DNA of 63,953 bases, counting the filler, from Vannella sp. (taxonomy: Eukaryota): the NCBI GenBank assembly GCA_023345925.1. It is 7 parts of 7 records of this genome, joined end to end, with 100 filler letters (N's around TTAATTAATTAA, not from the genome) between each part and the next. Parts side by side here need not be neighbours in the genome. Positions count along the whole stretch, not along the records: positions 23,810 to 35,425 come from JAJQQN010001461.1; positions 35,526 to 42,298 come from JAJQQN010001203.1; 5 more parts are not named here. The stretch is one strand, 5' to 3'. The notes under the pieces were generated by a model, which worked only from the letters and a program-made list of their open reading frames with translations, made no database searches and was not told the DNA's origin. The translations under genes were made by a program, and so were the position numbers. This document shows positions 24,277 through 35,722 of this stretch, in pieces. Each line of letters starts with the position of its first letter. Position 1 is the first letter of the stretch.

Positions 24277-27200
24277 TTATTGCAGGAAACTGATGCACTT
24301 GGCCGCCACCGCCTTGAGGGAGGGGGAAGGGGATTGTCCCAGACGTTGTAGGTGAGTAATGGCATCTGCAGCAAGGAGGCCTTCCTTGTTTTGGGCGCTA
24401 CTACTCAGTAGGAGCATGCATCTCACTGCTGCAGTTTGTGTGGCACTTTCTGTGCTGTTCACTCGCCCAATCACTGCCTCTCCCACTCCCATCTGCATTA
24501 GCATTGGTTGATAATGCTCTGCTTTCGAGGTGAGTGGGCGACTCCAATACGCAAGGGGCGCCTCACCTTCTTTGATGAACTCGTTCAATGCAGATAGGAT
24601 CTTCTCCTGTACCTTACTATTGGCGGTAGACCGAAGGATGGACACAAAAGACGCCACCGCATTCAATCCTTTCATGAACTCTCTAACTTGCGCTGCGCAC
24701 CAAGTTAGGACACGGACTGCAGCTTCTTCAAGAGAATGTCCCACCATGAATGCACAATGGTGCTAACACCAGAGAAGCAGCCTCCTTTGTCTTCAACTCA
24801 GGAGAGCGAAGAAGCGAAGCCAGCTTCTTCACCGAACCAGTGCTAATGATAGTTCGGATGACAGACTCTGTGCCCATATCCTGGTTAACGGGGAGCTTCT
24901 CACGAGTGAAGGAGAACGTACCATCGGCAGACATCATGGAAGAGATCACTATGATGGCTTTCTGCTTGACAACCTCGTCGGGATGGTCAATCAACTGCAG
25001 TAGAGGAGGGAGACCGCCAGCAGCATAGATTGTCTCCACACACTTGGGGCTGGAAGAGACCTCCAATAACGAGTCCACAGCTGCTAATTGGATTCCAGGG
25101 TGTGAGGAGGTGAGCAGGCCAATGCATCGGGGGAGGAATCCAATGGCGCGGGCAATCTCTTTGTTCAATTCGTCCTTTTCTACAAATGAAGAGAAGAAAC
25201 GGATGCCTTGGAACTGCACAGAAGGTGTCTTGTGGGCGAGAACTTGGAGAACAGCAGGAAGCCCTCCAGCCTGTTTGAGGGCAAGGATTTGTTGCTTGTC
25301 CTTTGCAAAGAAGATAAGGCAACCTAAACCCACCATTATGAGCTCCTCCTCATTTTGAGGATGGAGTAGGCGAATGAGAGTCTCCATTCCGCCATTGCGC
25401 GTGATCTCTGTCCTAAGCGCCCCCTTGGCACTCATTCGCTCCGTGGCTTTGGCGGCTTGCAAGCGAAGAATTGGGCTCTTTGAGTCAAGCAGAGCCAAGA
25501 ACCTCTTCAGAACTCCCGCCTTCTCAATCACTGGATAAGTTCTTGGGTTGCTAATCAAGTTGCCCAAAGCAACCAACACTCGGAACTGAATACCCGGATT
25601 GGTACTTCCCAAGAGCATCAGAAGTTTGCGAACCCCTCCAGCTTCAAAGAAGTCCTGTTGGAAGGCCTCCTCTTCTAAGAGATGAGAGAATGCCCACGCA
25701 GCCTGCAGCTTCAGCAAATCGTTGGGGGAATCAAGCATTAACAGGAATGGAGCAAGGCCTCCTGAAGCTAGAACAGCTTTCTGGCTCTCCTTCTCCCTTG
25801 TTATGGTGATAATCGTCTTAGCGGCTTGGATTACAACCACTTCCGCTGGGTTCTCGAGGTTCTGGACCAAGTGAAGAATCGTTCCCTGCTCTCGTGCCAC
25901 CTGTGCGCACTGTGGCCACTCGCAAAGGGTGCCCAGTGCCCTTGCACTCCCTTCTTGAATTCGCCAATCCTGGGCCTTGAGAAGGCGGTTGAGCATAAGC
26001 ATGATCTGCGTACTCAAGATGGGCTCAATGTTACTTTCGGTCCGGCCCACGTTAACAAGAACCTTGAGTGCCTTCATCTGCAACTCTGGTTCACGCGAGA
26101 GGAGCATTTGAGTCACTTGCCTCAGAACAGCGTGAATCTTCGCATTCGAGTCTTCGGCGCCAACATCCGCATCTGCTTTCTTCATCTCATAGGCAGCCTG
26201 CTCATCAATAGGAGCTCCACGAGGAGCAAGTTCAGTGCTCCCAGCAGTCATTCCGTACTTCATAATAGCTGCTAAAGGTTGATTGAAAATGCGGGTGAGC
26301 TTTTCAAAGTCTGGACGTTCCTCAGGGTTTGCAGCCCAACAAGATTGCATCACCTTCCAGATGATTACTGGGCAGTCCATCGGTTCCTCTGGTCGGGCAC
26401 CATCAGAAGCTACAGCAGTGCAGACTTGACGGGCCATCATGCCTTGGAAGGGTGTCTTGCCAGCGAATAGTTCCCAAAGGACAATGCCAAAGCTATACGA
26501 ATCCATTGAAGGGTGGGCCACAGGATCCCCAAGAATGACCTCAGGGGAAGAATATTGTGGGGATCCAATGGACCCCTGTTTCTTGACGAACTCTTTGATG
26601 CATTGGAGCCCGAAATCTCGCAAGACTACGTCTTGATTAGAGTTGATGAGGATGTTCTTTGTCTTCAGTCCTTGGAAGACAATCCCCTGCTGGTGGAGGA
26701 AGTGGATTCCCATTGCAATCTGTTGCGCAATGCGGAGCCTATCGGTGACGTCCAGAGTGACTAAATTGCTTCGGAGCATTCCAAACAAAGGAGTTCCTTG
26801 CACATACTCGGTAACCATTGCCATTTCACGGGCAGTGGAAGCTCCTCGGACATTAATGAGGTGAGGATGTTCTAGAGCACAGATCTGGGCCATCTCTTCC
26901 TTATATCTCTGCATAAAGCGCTCATCTTGGATTAAGTTGCAATTGATCTTCTTCAAGACAACTTCTCTGTTACTGTAGATGCCGCGGTAGCATGAACCGA
27001 AGGTTCCACCTCCCAACAACTCGAAGCTTTGCACTTGAGCAACATCAATAACATAAGGGAATGAAACGTAGCGCAATTCCGTGAGCTCAGGGCTTCTGAC
27101 TCCAAGCAAGGAGTCACTAATAGGGTCACTCCCGCTATTGCTATCAATTTGATGGACCAACTCGTCCACATAACTCTTTTCCTGCAATTGGCGGCGCTCC

Positions 27201-30001
27201 TCCTCATCCCGCTCTTGCTGTCGGCGCTCTTCATCGCGCTGTTCCTCTTCGAGGAGGCGCATCATCTCTTCTGTCTCCCGTTGCTTTCGTTCTTCTTCTT
27301 CTCTCTGTTGTTGGAGAAGTATCTGGCGCTTTTGCTCTATCTTGGCTCTTAACTCTCTTTCCTTGTCCTCAGCTTCGCGCCTCTTTTGCTCAAGCTCAGC
27401 CTGAACGCGGGCTTCCTCTTCCCTTCGTCTGCGCTCCTCTTCCACCAACCGCTTCTGCTCTTCGAGATCTTGTTGCTTCTTTTCCTCCTCGCGCTTCCGG
27501 ATTTCAGCCTCTTCCAACCTTCTTTGTTCCTCCCGGCGAGCACGTTCTCTGAGCTCCTCCTCTATGCGCTTCTCCTCTTCCTCGAGTTTTCTTAACCGTT
27601 CCTGGGCATTCCGTTCTTCTTCTTCGAGTCGCCGCTTCTCTTCTTCCTGTCGCTCCGCTCTCTCTCGCTCTTGCTTGGCAATCAATTCCTCGCGCTGCTT
27701 GCGTGCGGTTTCTTCTCGGGCAATTTTAGCTTCTTCTGCTCTCTTGCGGCGCTCCTCCTCCTCTGCCTGTCTCCTCCTCTCGTTCTCCTCACGGCGCAAG
27801 CGCTGCTCCTCCTCCTCTGCAACTCTCTTTCGCTCTGCTTCTTCACGTTGCAAGCGTCGTTCCTCTTCCATTCGTTGTGACCGCTCCTTTTCCTCTTCCT
27901 TTCTCAAGATCTCTCTTTCAGACACTGCCGAGGGAGAAGGTGTGCTGTCAACACCAGACAGCAAGTCTGATAACTCGTCATCCGTAACTGAACTCCTCGA
28001 GACATAAGCCGCTGCTGTCGCCGTTTTGGGTGCGTCCCATTCAGCCAGAGAATCCGTCAGCTCGTCGAGAGGATCTCTCTCAACTGTACGAGGAATGTCC
28101 CTGGTTGATGAGGGGGCTGGAGAAGTATCACTGATCATTTCTGAAAGGAGGTCCATCAGCTGGGAATCATCCACACTTGTTGCTGGGGCCCTAGAGGGGG
28201 TTGCCTCCTCATGGAGGAGCTGAGCAAGATCATCTGCTGCCGACTGAGATGGGGGCAGGTTATACTTTGGCACATCTTCGGCTAATTCGCTGAGCATCAT
28301 TTCCAGCGAGTCCCGGCCGTCATCTTCCATCAAATTACGGGTGGCGCTCACATCTGAGCGAGAATCTGATTGAATAATCAGGTCATCGAGCATAGAGAGG
28401 ATCTCGTTTCCTGAATGGCGAAGAGAAGGCATATCGCTGGTGGTTCCTGGGGCAGAAATCATATCTCCCAACAACTCAAAGTAATCTGCTTCGTCCTCCA
28501 TAGCCACTGGAAGGTTAGCAACGCTCTGAGAAGATGCCACACCCATCTTTTGTGATGAGATACTCCTCTTTGTAGGGACTTTAGCGCTCCTCTCCTCCTC
28601 AAATGGGTCCACAGATGACATTGGCTCATCCAAGTAGTTGAGGAGATCATCCAAAACGTCCTCCTGTCCCTCTAAGTCACGTTCTACATAAGAAGTGTCT
28701 GTCGCTTCCATTTGCATCTCCTCCATAGACCTCAGAAGTTCATCTTCATCAAAGTCATTCATCTCCAGAGATCGGCAGTCCCCCAGGTCATCCAGGAGCC
28801 GATTGAGATCTGAGTCTGATGTGAGTTGGGATTCCATTGATGGGTGGTCCATCGAGTCCAAGAGGTCATCAAGAGCAGCAAAGTCGGCCATGCTCGAACG
28901 GTCGAACAGTGCAGAAGCCCCTTCGTGCCTCCCCGGACCCTGAGAGGCATAGTCTCCCATAAGCTCTTCTAACAAGTCATCTAATGTGGGTCAGGAGAGA
29001 GTCTCAATACAGTTTGGGGAGCTTACCGTGTGTGTCTAGAGACGCTCCATCCTGCTGGGAGACAACAACGGTGCCAAAGTTAGCTGCTCTCTCATTCTTA
29101 AACGCATCGGATGCTGCTAGTTCAGCTGCCTTCGACCTTTCCTGGAGGGGAGTTGAGTTAGGGTGAGCGAATGGATCTTAACGTTCACACACCTCCTTGG
29201 TAATGCGAGTGTAGTTGTAGAACTCCAATCTCGGTAGCTCATTGATGACGAAGTACCGGAAGTTCTGGATCTTCACTTCAATGGGGTTCGCCTCGAAACT
29301 GAGGTATTGAAGCCTTGGGAGCTCCTTCAGGGGTGCTAGAAGCGCGGAGGTTAGCTGAGAAAGGCTCATATCAATGTTATTCTTCTGGAGATCCAACACT
29401 CTGAGAGCCTGCGCCTGAGCTAGATTGGCGAACCCGTCTGGAGAGGGTGTCAACGGCGTGTTCCAGAAGGGAAGAGTCACTGCATGGCGTACCTTTAATG
29501 CGGTTTCCACGTAAATCCAGAAACACGCACTTGGCGAGGTCACTGAGATCAGGGATGACCTCGAGGGCATTGAACGCAAGGGAAACGTGCTGCAAAGCCA
29601 CAAGACCACGAAAGGAGACACGAGAGAGACAGTTCTTATCGACAACTAGCTTCTTAAGCTTCTGTTGCTCTCCTAAAAAGGACAAGTCGGAGAACTCGTT
29701 GGAGGAAAGGTCTAATCTGGAGAGGCGTCCTTGTTAGCCTGCAACGCTCTCAATGGAAATACAGTTGTACGTACTCTTTCAGTACGTTTGGTTGCAGTCG
29801 CTTAAAGGAATCTCCATTGGACAACTGGAACCCAGCCGAGTTGGCGCAGAAGACGATGGGATACTTCTCCTTGTTGCCACACAGAGTCTTCACATCCTGT
29901 GGAGTAAGCTCCTTCTTAATCTCCCCTCTTCGTAATGCAAGCTTTCCCGAAGGCTTAGGCGCTTTGTGTATCCCAGGAAGATCCTTGACCCGACCGGCCA
30001 T
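24277..30001 (-). CDS. LRR - acidic linker - coiled coil - TKL-like pseudokinase - armadillo repeat protein, multi-exon
   Basis: N-terminal LRRs (LDLQKNNI, LSFEANPI), E/R-rich coiled coil, kinase fold with GGGTFG, VVLKK and DFG but catalytic loop FQGLKTKN, then multiple ARM repeats (GGLPPLLQL). Confidence 0.85.
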
Positions 30002-30081
30002 CCCACGATGCTGGTGAACCACAAGAATGGCCCAATCCACGCCAAAATAATTGATTCATTCATTCATTCCTAATTGCGCTA

Positions 30082-30737
30082 ATGGCTGACACGAGCGAGG
30101 TTTTGTTGGACTTTCTGAACGTGGCTGTTCACCAGATCCTCTTCCATCGGGATGTGTACCCTGAGGACGTGTTCTCTCACGCAAAGAAGTATGGGGTGCC
30201 TGTGCGGATGTCAAGGCACCCCGACTTGAACCAGTACATCTTTGATTCGCTCGTGAAAGGGCGAGGATGGCTTGACTCGGTGAGTTAGCGTGTACGAGAC
30301 GATGAATACTCATGAAGAGAAGAGAGAGACCAAGAAGGTGGTTGTACATATAGAAGATAGAGAGGGGATGCCCTTGGAGCGCTTTGTGTTTGAGATTGGG
30401 GAGATAACCTCAAGCTTGTTAGACGCGCCTCTGGCCGAGATCGAGCGAAAGTTCGCAGACTTTCTCCTAAAGATCGCCATCACTGATCTTCACTCAAACC
30501 CCAAAGGTAAGCCGAGCAGGCTTCTCTTCATCAAACACTGATCCACACTGAACAGATTGCAAATTCTCCATCGTGACCTACACCACGGCCAAGCAGATCG
30601 GTCATGAATGGTCCATTGCTGATCAAAGAGAGATACCAGGATCCCCAGCTATCAAACCCCTCAAGTCTCTCCTTACGAGCGCTCTGAGCGTCCAACTCTT
30701 CGTGGAAGAAGACAACAAAAGAAAGCAGGTAAAGTGA
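30082..30737 (+). CDS. REV7: REV7/MAD2L2 HORMA-domain protein, 3 exons
   Basis: [20 protein letters not shown]...[29 protein letters not shown]-terminal PLKS...VQLFVEE. Confidence 0.9.
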
Positions 30738-30926
30738 CTCCCAATGCTCATCAAAAAGACCTAATGAGATAATAGATTTGGGAAAGCCTATTGAAAGACT
30801 GAGGGGAGTGAGGATTTTGGGGGCGTCTCTAAAGTGGTTGAAAATTTCCGTTTGTTTCGTGGTCGCGCTTGGGAGCGCGTATCGTCTGATCTCTACTTTT
30901 CCCGTCCACAACAAACACACAGTTCA

Positions 30927-31558
30927 ATGAGCGAGTCTGAGGAAAGCGGGAGTGCTACTGGGTCTGAGGTAACAGAGTCTGGATCTGGTAAGCGCTCTCT
31001 TGTTGGCTGATGCAACGTCCTTTTGATGCAAAGCAACTTACTCGTTTGCTATCCAGGAACTGGATCTAGCGAGGTGACGGAGTCTGGAAGTGGCTCTGGG
31101 TCAGGGTCTGGAAGCGGCTCTGAGACTGGAAGCGGCAGCGGAACTGGATCCGGAACTGGAGATGGCTCTGGCTCTGGAGATGGCTCCGGCTCCGGTTCTG
31201 GCTCTGCGTCTGGCTCAAGTGAAGATTCAGAGTCTGGTTCTGGGTCTGGAAGCGGCTCTGGTTCTGGAAGCGGCTCAGGCTCAGGCTCAGAAGACAGCGA
31301 AGAAAGCGAGGAAAGCGAGACAGGCTCGTCTGAGCCCAGCGGAACAGCTAGTAGCGAAGCCCCAGTCAAACAAAAGACAGCAGGTTGGTCTAGATTCTCC
31401 TCAGTCCACAGCACCCCCTAAACTAGAACCTAGGTCAACCAGCTGCAACCAAGGCAGCAGGAGAGAGAGCGGCTCCTTCCAAGCCAGCCGATAGCGGGGA
31501 TGCCTCTGCGGGAGAAAAGGAGAAGGGCAAAGGCAAAGGTTGTTGTCTGGTGATGTAA
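30927..31558 (+). CDS. Low-complexity Ser/Gly/Glu protein with C-terminal polybasic CCLVM (CaaX), 3 exons
   Basis: ATG 30927 [20 protein letters not shown]. Two GT-AG introns link the (SG)n exon to a last exon ending [14 protein letters not shown]. Confidence 0.75.
31082..31290 (+). repeat. Coding (Ser-Gly)n tandem repeat (TCTGGN/AGCGGC-type hexamers)
   Basis: Imperfect 6-nt periodic repeat with synonymous codon variation. Confidence 0.9.
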
Positions 31559-31709
31559 ACCGATTACGTCTCTTCCTCTTTTGTATTCCACTTGAACACA
31601 CAAGCACTGCTCCAATAAAGCAAGCGACCAAGTGTTATTCTTACTACTGAATGCGAGTGTTTGTATTCAACAGCAGGTGCTTGGTGTGGGGTGATGGAAG
31701 GACGAACAG

Positions 31710-32789
31710 TTACTCAGCAAGTCCGCATGCAACATAGATTTGGTTGAGGAGTCTCTTGTGGCTTGCAGCATACTTGGTGTTGGAAGTAGGGAGGTCTGCA
31801 TTCAAGGGCTTTCTGAAGATCTCCTCGAGCTCCTTCATGGCATCCTCAAGTTCGTTCTTCTTTACATCCATTGTTGCTTGCAATTCCCGAGTCTTAGGCA
31901 TCACCTTGTTAGATACAGGGTCGTCCATAAAGTGGAAGGAACTTACGAAGTCGGTGGTGGTGAGGTCGAGCATGTAGTCATTGAAGCAGTAAATGCGGCC
32001 TGCACCAATAGCGGGATTGACTGAGACATTGAGAGTGAGTGTGACACTAGGATCCTTGTAGTAGAAAGCCTTGAGCTCGTTCTCCAAGATCTCCAACTCC
32101 AAGGCAGAGGGCTCGCCTGGGAGGATGATAGAAACTTCGCGCTCGTTCGAGAGTTGAGAATACATGTACATGTAAGCCTCAAAGAGTTGAGGGAGTCTCT
32201 TCAAGTGTCTGGAATCGTTGAGTTCCTGAACAGCGGCGAGAGTGGGCTCGCTCAGGTCCTCAAGAGTGTCTGTGGAGGCCTCATACTCGAGGTATTCGTA
32301 CTCCATTGGATCGTTGACCTTTTCGGTCAGCTCTTCCAGCTCATCACGCACGGCAGCTACACGGAAGAGTAAGACTTGGCCCAGAAGTTGTTAGAACCCA
32401 CGCCCGCTTACCAGCTGAGTTCAACGTGAATGCAAAGTTAACAAGAGGCAGGAGAATGCGTGTAAGCTCGGGGTTAAGACCATTGGGAACCTGAAATGTT
32501 CATCAGCCCTCTCATAAAATTGGATAGGGTTTTCTGGCCGCCTACCTTAAGAGCTGCCACCTGGGGTGCTAGGGTAAGCTGCGACTCAGTGTTCATCTTT
32601 TTTCTGAGAGCAAACTTGGCCTCATCAGAGCTGGTGGCGAAGCTGGAGGTCTGAAGATCGCCCAGTCAGTGGTCGAGGTTAACGGATGCATGAGGATCTA
32701 TAACCTACAGGAACAAAGACTCGGTGAGAGGGCTTTGCCTGAAGCGAACGAGCAGCGACACCGAAACGAGCAAGGGATCTGCAGAACAT
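31710..32789 (-). CDS. Divergent mitochondrial ATP synthase OSCP (delta)-like subunit, 4 exons
   Basis: Presequence MFCRSLARFGVAARSLQAK. The segment LNDSRHLKRLPQLFEAY...LNVSVNPAIGAGRIYCFNDYMLDLT aligns by eye with the OSCP pattern L.EN.RL.../.VDPSILGG..VRIG..Y.D.S. Confidence 0.6.
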
Positions 32790-32913
32790 CTCGCCCAAAC
32801 AAAAGTGGTGGTTAGACCCGATCCTGATATCGATAATTTCATTTTAATCACAACTTGTTTTAGACTTCTAATTAACAGGGTTCCCTGCGAACTGGTCATT
32901 TCTTTCTCCAAGG

Positions 32914-34259
32914 ATGTCCGGGCGATCTCGAGGGGTAATTCTAGGGGAAGAGAATGGCAAGGGTTCGAAGAGAATGGTGATAGTGGGGTCTGTGGTTCTA
33001 CTACTCCTCATCTTCGTCTGGGTGACCCGACCAGCCGCCTCAGCCGGTCATGGAAACGCGGGAGGATCACTTCGCTATCCTCATCAGCACTTTTACCACA
33101 AATACTCGCCTCTGTCGACCTCTTACAACATTGTGATCGTTGCAGATATGGATAAGGCATCCAAGGTCGGGGATACATGGCAAAGTACTCTCATTTACGG
33201 AGCTCTCGACCGCAATCCGGACACTGGACTGTACTCTATCACTTGGGGCCGCGAGGTACGTCTGAATGGGCCCTATCCTTACTCACTCTCTGCAGAGAGT
33301 TATCAAGAGCTCCCTCAACGAGGGTGGACGAGGGATGGAACTTTCAGACTTGTGCAACTTCGAGGGGCTCCTTTACTCGTTTGATGATCGCACAGGAATG
33401 GGTAAGTCTAACTGGACTTCCTGTTGGTTGCTCACAACAGTTCAGTGATGGCGATCGAAGACGAGATCGCCTATCCCGTTGCCCTTATGATGGACGGAAA
33501 CGGTCGATCGGAGAAGGGGTTCAAGGGAGAGTGGTGTACTGTGAAGGACGATCTCCTGTTTATTGGAGGAATGGGGAAGGAATGGACGGACGGCGAAGGC
33601 AACTTCATCAACAATGATCCTTTGTGGGTGAAGACTGTCCAACCTACTGGCGCTGTGTCACATCATGACTGGATTCGTCCTTACAACCTCCTGAAAGACA
33701 CAGCTGGGGCAACCTCTCCTGGCTACATTTTGAATGAGGCGGTGATCTGGATACCAACCCAACGTCGGTGGGTCGTCCTCCCCCGCCGTGTTTCGAAGGA
33801 GAAGTACGACGCAAAGAAAGACGAATACCGTTGCTCCAACATTGGACTTAGTGCCACCGAGAACTTTGATGATATTCAACTCCTTTCTGAAATTGGGGTA
33901 TGTCACTTTGGACTGCATTGCTCATACACTGTTCTCATCCGAACAGCCTCTGGAGAAAACGCGTGGCTTTTCGTCCGTGAAGTTTGTTCCTTTCAGAGAG
34001 AACGAGATTGTTGTCCTCAAGACGGAGGAGGTGGACGAGACCAACACTTGTGAGACCCTCCTTTTCAGAAGTTGTGCACAGAAAGCTCATCCGCTCGCAC
34101 AGATATTATGATCTACGACTTGCAATCCAAGAAAGTCCTCCTGGAGGAGACTTTGATTGGGCATCACATCAAGTACGTTGCTCCTCCCATTCTCTTTGCT
34201 CGCTTTAAGTCTTCCCTTAACTTACCCGAACCAGGTTTGAAGGGATCGAGTTCCTCTAG
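32914..34259 (+). CDS. CANT1: Calcium-activated nucleotidase/apyrase (CANT1 family), type II membrane protein, multi-exon
   Basis: N-terminal [42 protein letters not shown]-terminal FEGIEFL*. Confidence 0.92.
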
Positions 34260-34418
34260 AGTTCTGCTGAAGTATCAGTAGCAACATAAGATTCATTCCC
34301 ATCCCTTGACTGAGGCATAGAGAAGGATTGGCTGGCTCACATGTGGGTATTGCTAGCTGTTAGCTTGCATAAGGAGCTTTAGTCTCTGTCATTCCGTCCT
34401 CCTTTCATTCTTTTTGGT

Positions 34419-35290
34419 ATGGCCTGGCCGTGGTTGGCGGTGGGTGCGTTGAACGGGTTTGGGGGAAGAGAACCTGATGAGAGGGAAAGTGCTGTGGTTG
34501 TCTCTTGCAGTAAACGGGCACTTCCCCATCCGATGTGTGCCGTTTAGTAGCGCAACACACAGTGAGCTCTGTGCAGGGAAACTGCCCGAGAGAATGTGCA
34601 TGCGCGCCTTCACTTCAGGAGAGCTGGAGTGAGTGCCTGTCAGATATCTATCTACCTCCTACTCACAAGTAAACGAAGGGCAAACGCTACCATCTACAAT
34701 GACGTGCCCTACACGTACTTGGGAAGCCATGAGTATCAAGTGGACATGTGCGCGGCAGATCCGGGCTCTGTTCCCCTCTTTAGCACGGAAGAGGACTTCT
34801 GCCAGTCACAAGCGTGCTTTTCTGATCAGGTACGTTGCTTTCATCTAGTCGGTTAGCTCTCTCAGTGGAGTAGGATTGCTACTCGCACTTTTTGCTGTGG
34901 AACTTCAATACCGATACCCAGGAGTACGTTTACGGTATACCTGACAGTTGCCTGGACTACTGCATTCGCTGTGCAAGTGACAAGGAGCAGGAAGAGACTT
35001 GCCAGTTCCGATTCGATCACGGACAAGGCGTCACCAACTCGAGTCTATGCCAGAACCCGCCAGGCACAGCGGATTCCTCTCACACAGAGAAGGAAGAAGG
35101 AGGGGATAGCCTTCTGTTCAAGGCGGTTGGTTATTCAGCAGCTCTACTGTGCTTAGTGTTGATAGGATGCTTGGTGGTACTTTTGGTAATTGTGATCAAG
35201 AGGAAGACCTCCGTGATCGTCTATGACGAGCTACTCCAAGACCTGAGCGATGAGGAAGTTGATGATAAGATTGAAGTCTTTGTGGAATGA
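34419..35290 (+). CDS. Cys-rich type I membrane protein, 4 exons
   Basis: The spliced model gives signal peptide MAWPWLAVVLWLSLAVNG, a Cys-rich ectodomain, TM AALLCLVLIGCLVVLLVIVI and an acidic tail with YDEL. Confidence 0.65.
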
Positions 35291-35425
35291 GGAACAGCGT
35301 CACATCGATAAACTTGTCCACAGATTCACCACTACCCGAAGATTCGGTCACGTAGTGTATTTTGTATATATTCAATAAAAAGAAAGTATTCAAACCCTGC
35401 CTGAGATTACCATCCGCTGTGAATA

Positions 35426-35525
35426 NNNNNNNNNNNNNNNNNNNNNNNNNNNNNNNNNNNNNNNNNNNNTTAATTAATTAANNNNNNNNNNNNNNNNNNN
35501 NNNNNNNNNNNNNNNNNNNNNNNNN
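35426..35525. other. Artificial contig spacer
   Basis: N44-TTAATTAATTAA-N44. Confidence 0.98.
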
Positions 35526-35722
35526 ACTACCTCGTAAGAACCTCCCTCTGCATACCGTGACATGTTTCGAAGCTGTTCTGTTACCTTCTGATCACTTAGA
35601 GCGGACTTTCCCAACACACAGGCAAGCGAGGGGATGACCTGCGCGCTCATCAGACAGAGGAGGAAGGGAATGAGCGTTTATTCTCGCGGAGAGGCCCCAA
35701 GTTGGTGCCATGGTTAGGTGCC

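Noticed and set aside
27150..27910. Purine/pyrimidine-skewed repetitive tract
   Set aside because: It encodes the E/R/K-rich coiled coil of the pseudokinase gene and is not a separate repeat element.
31049..31414. Minus-strand (PE/PD)n ORF, or a CRISPR/satellite-like array
   Set aside because: Antisense shadow of the (SG)n exon. Splice signals and the CaaX end support the plus strand, and there is no repeat-spacer structure.
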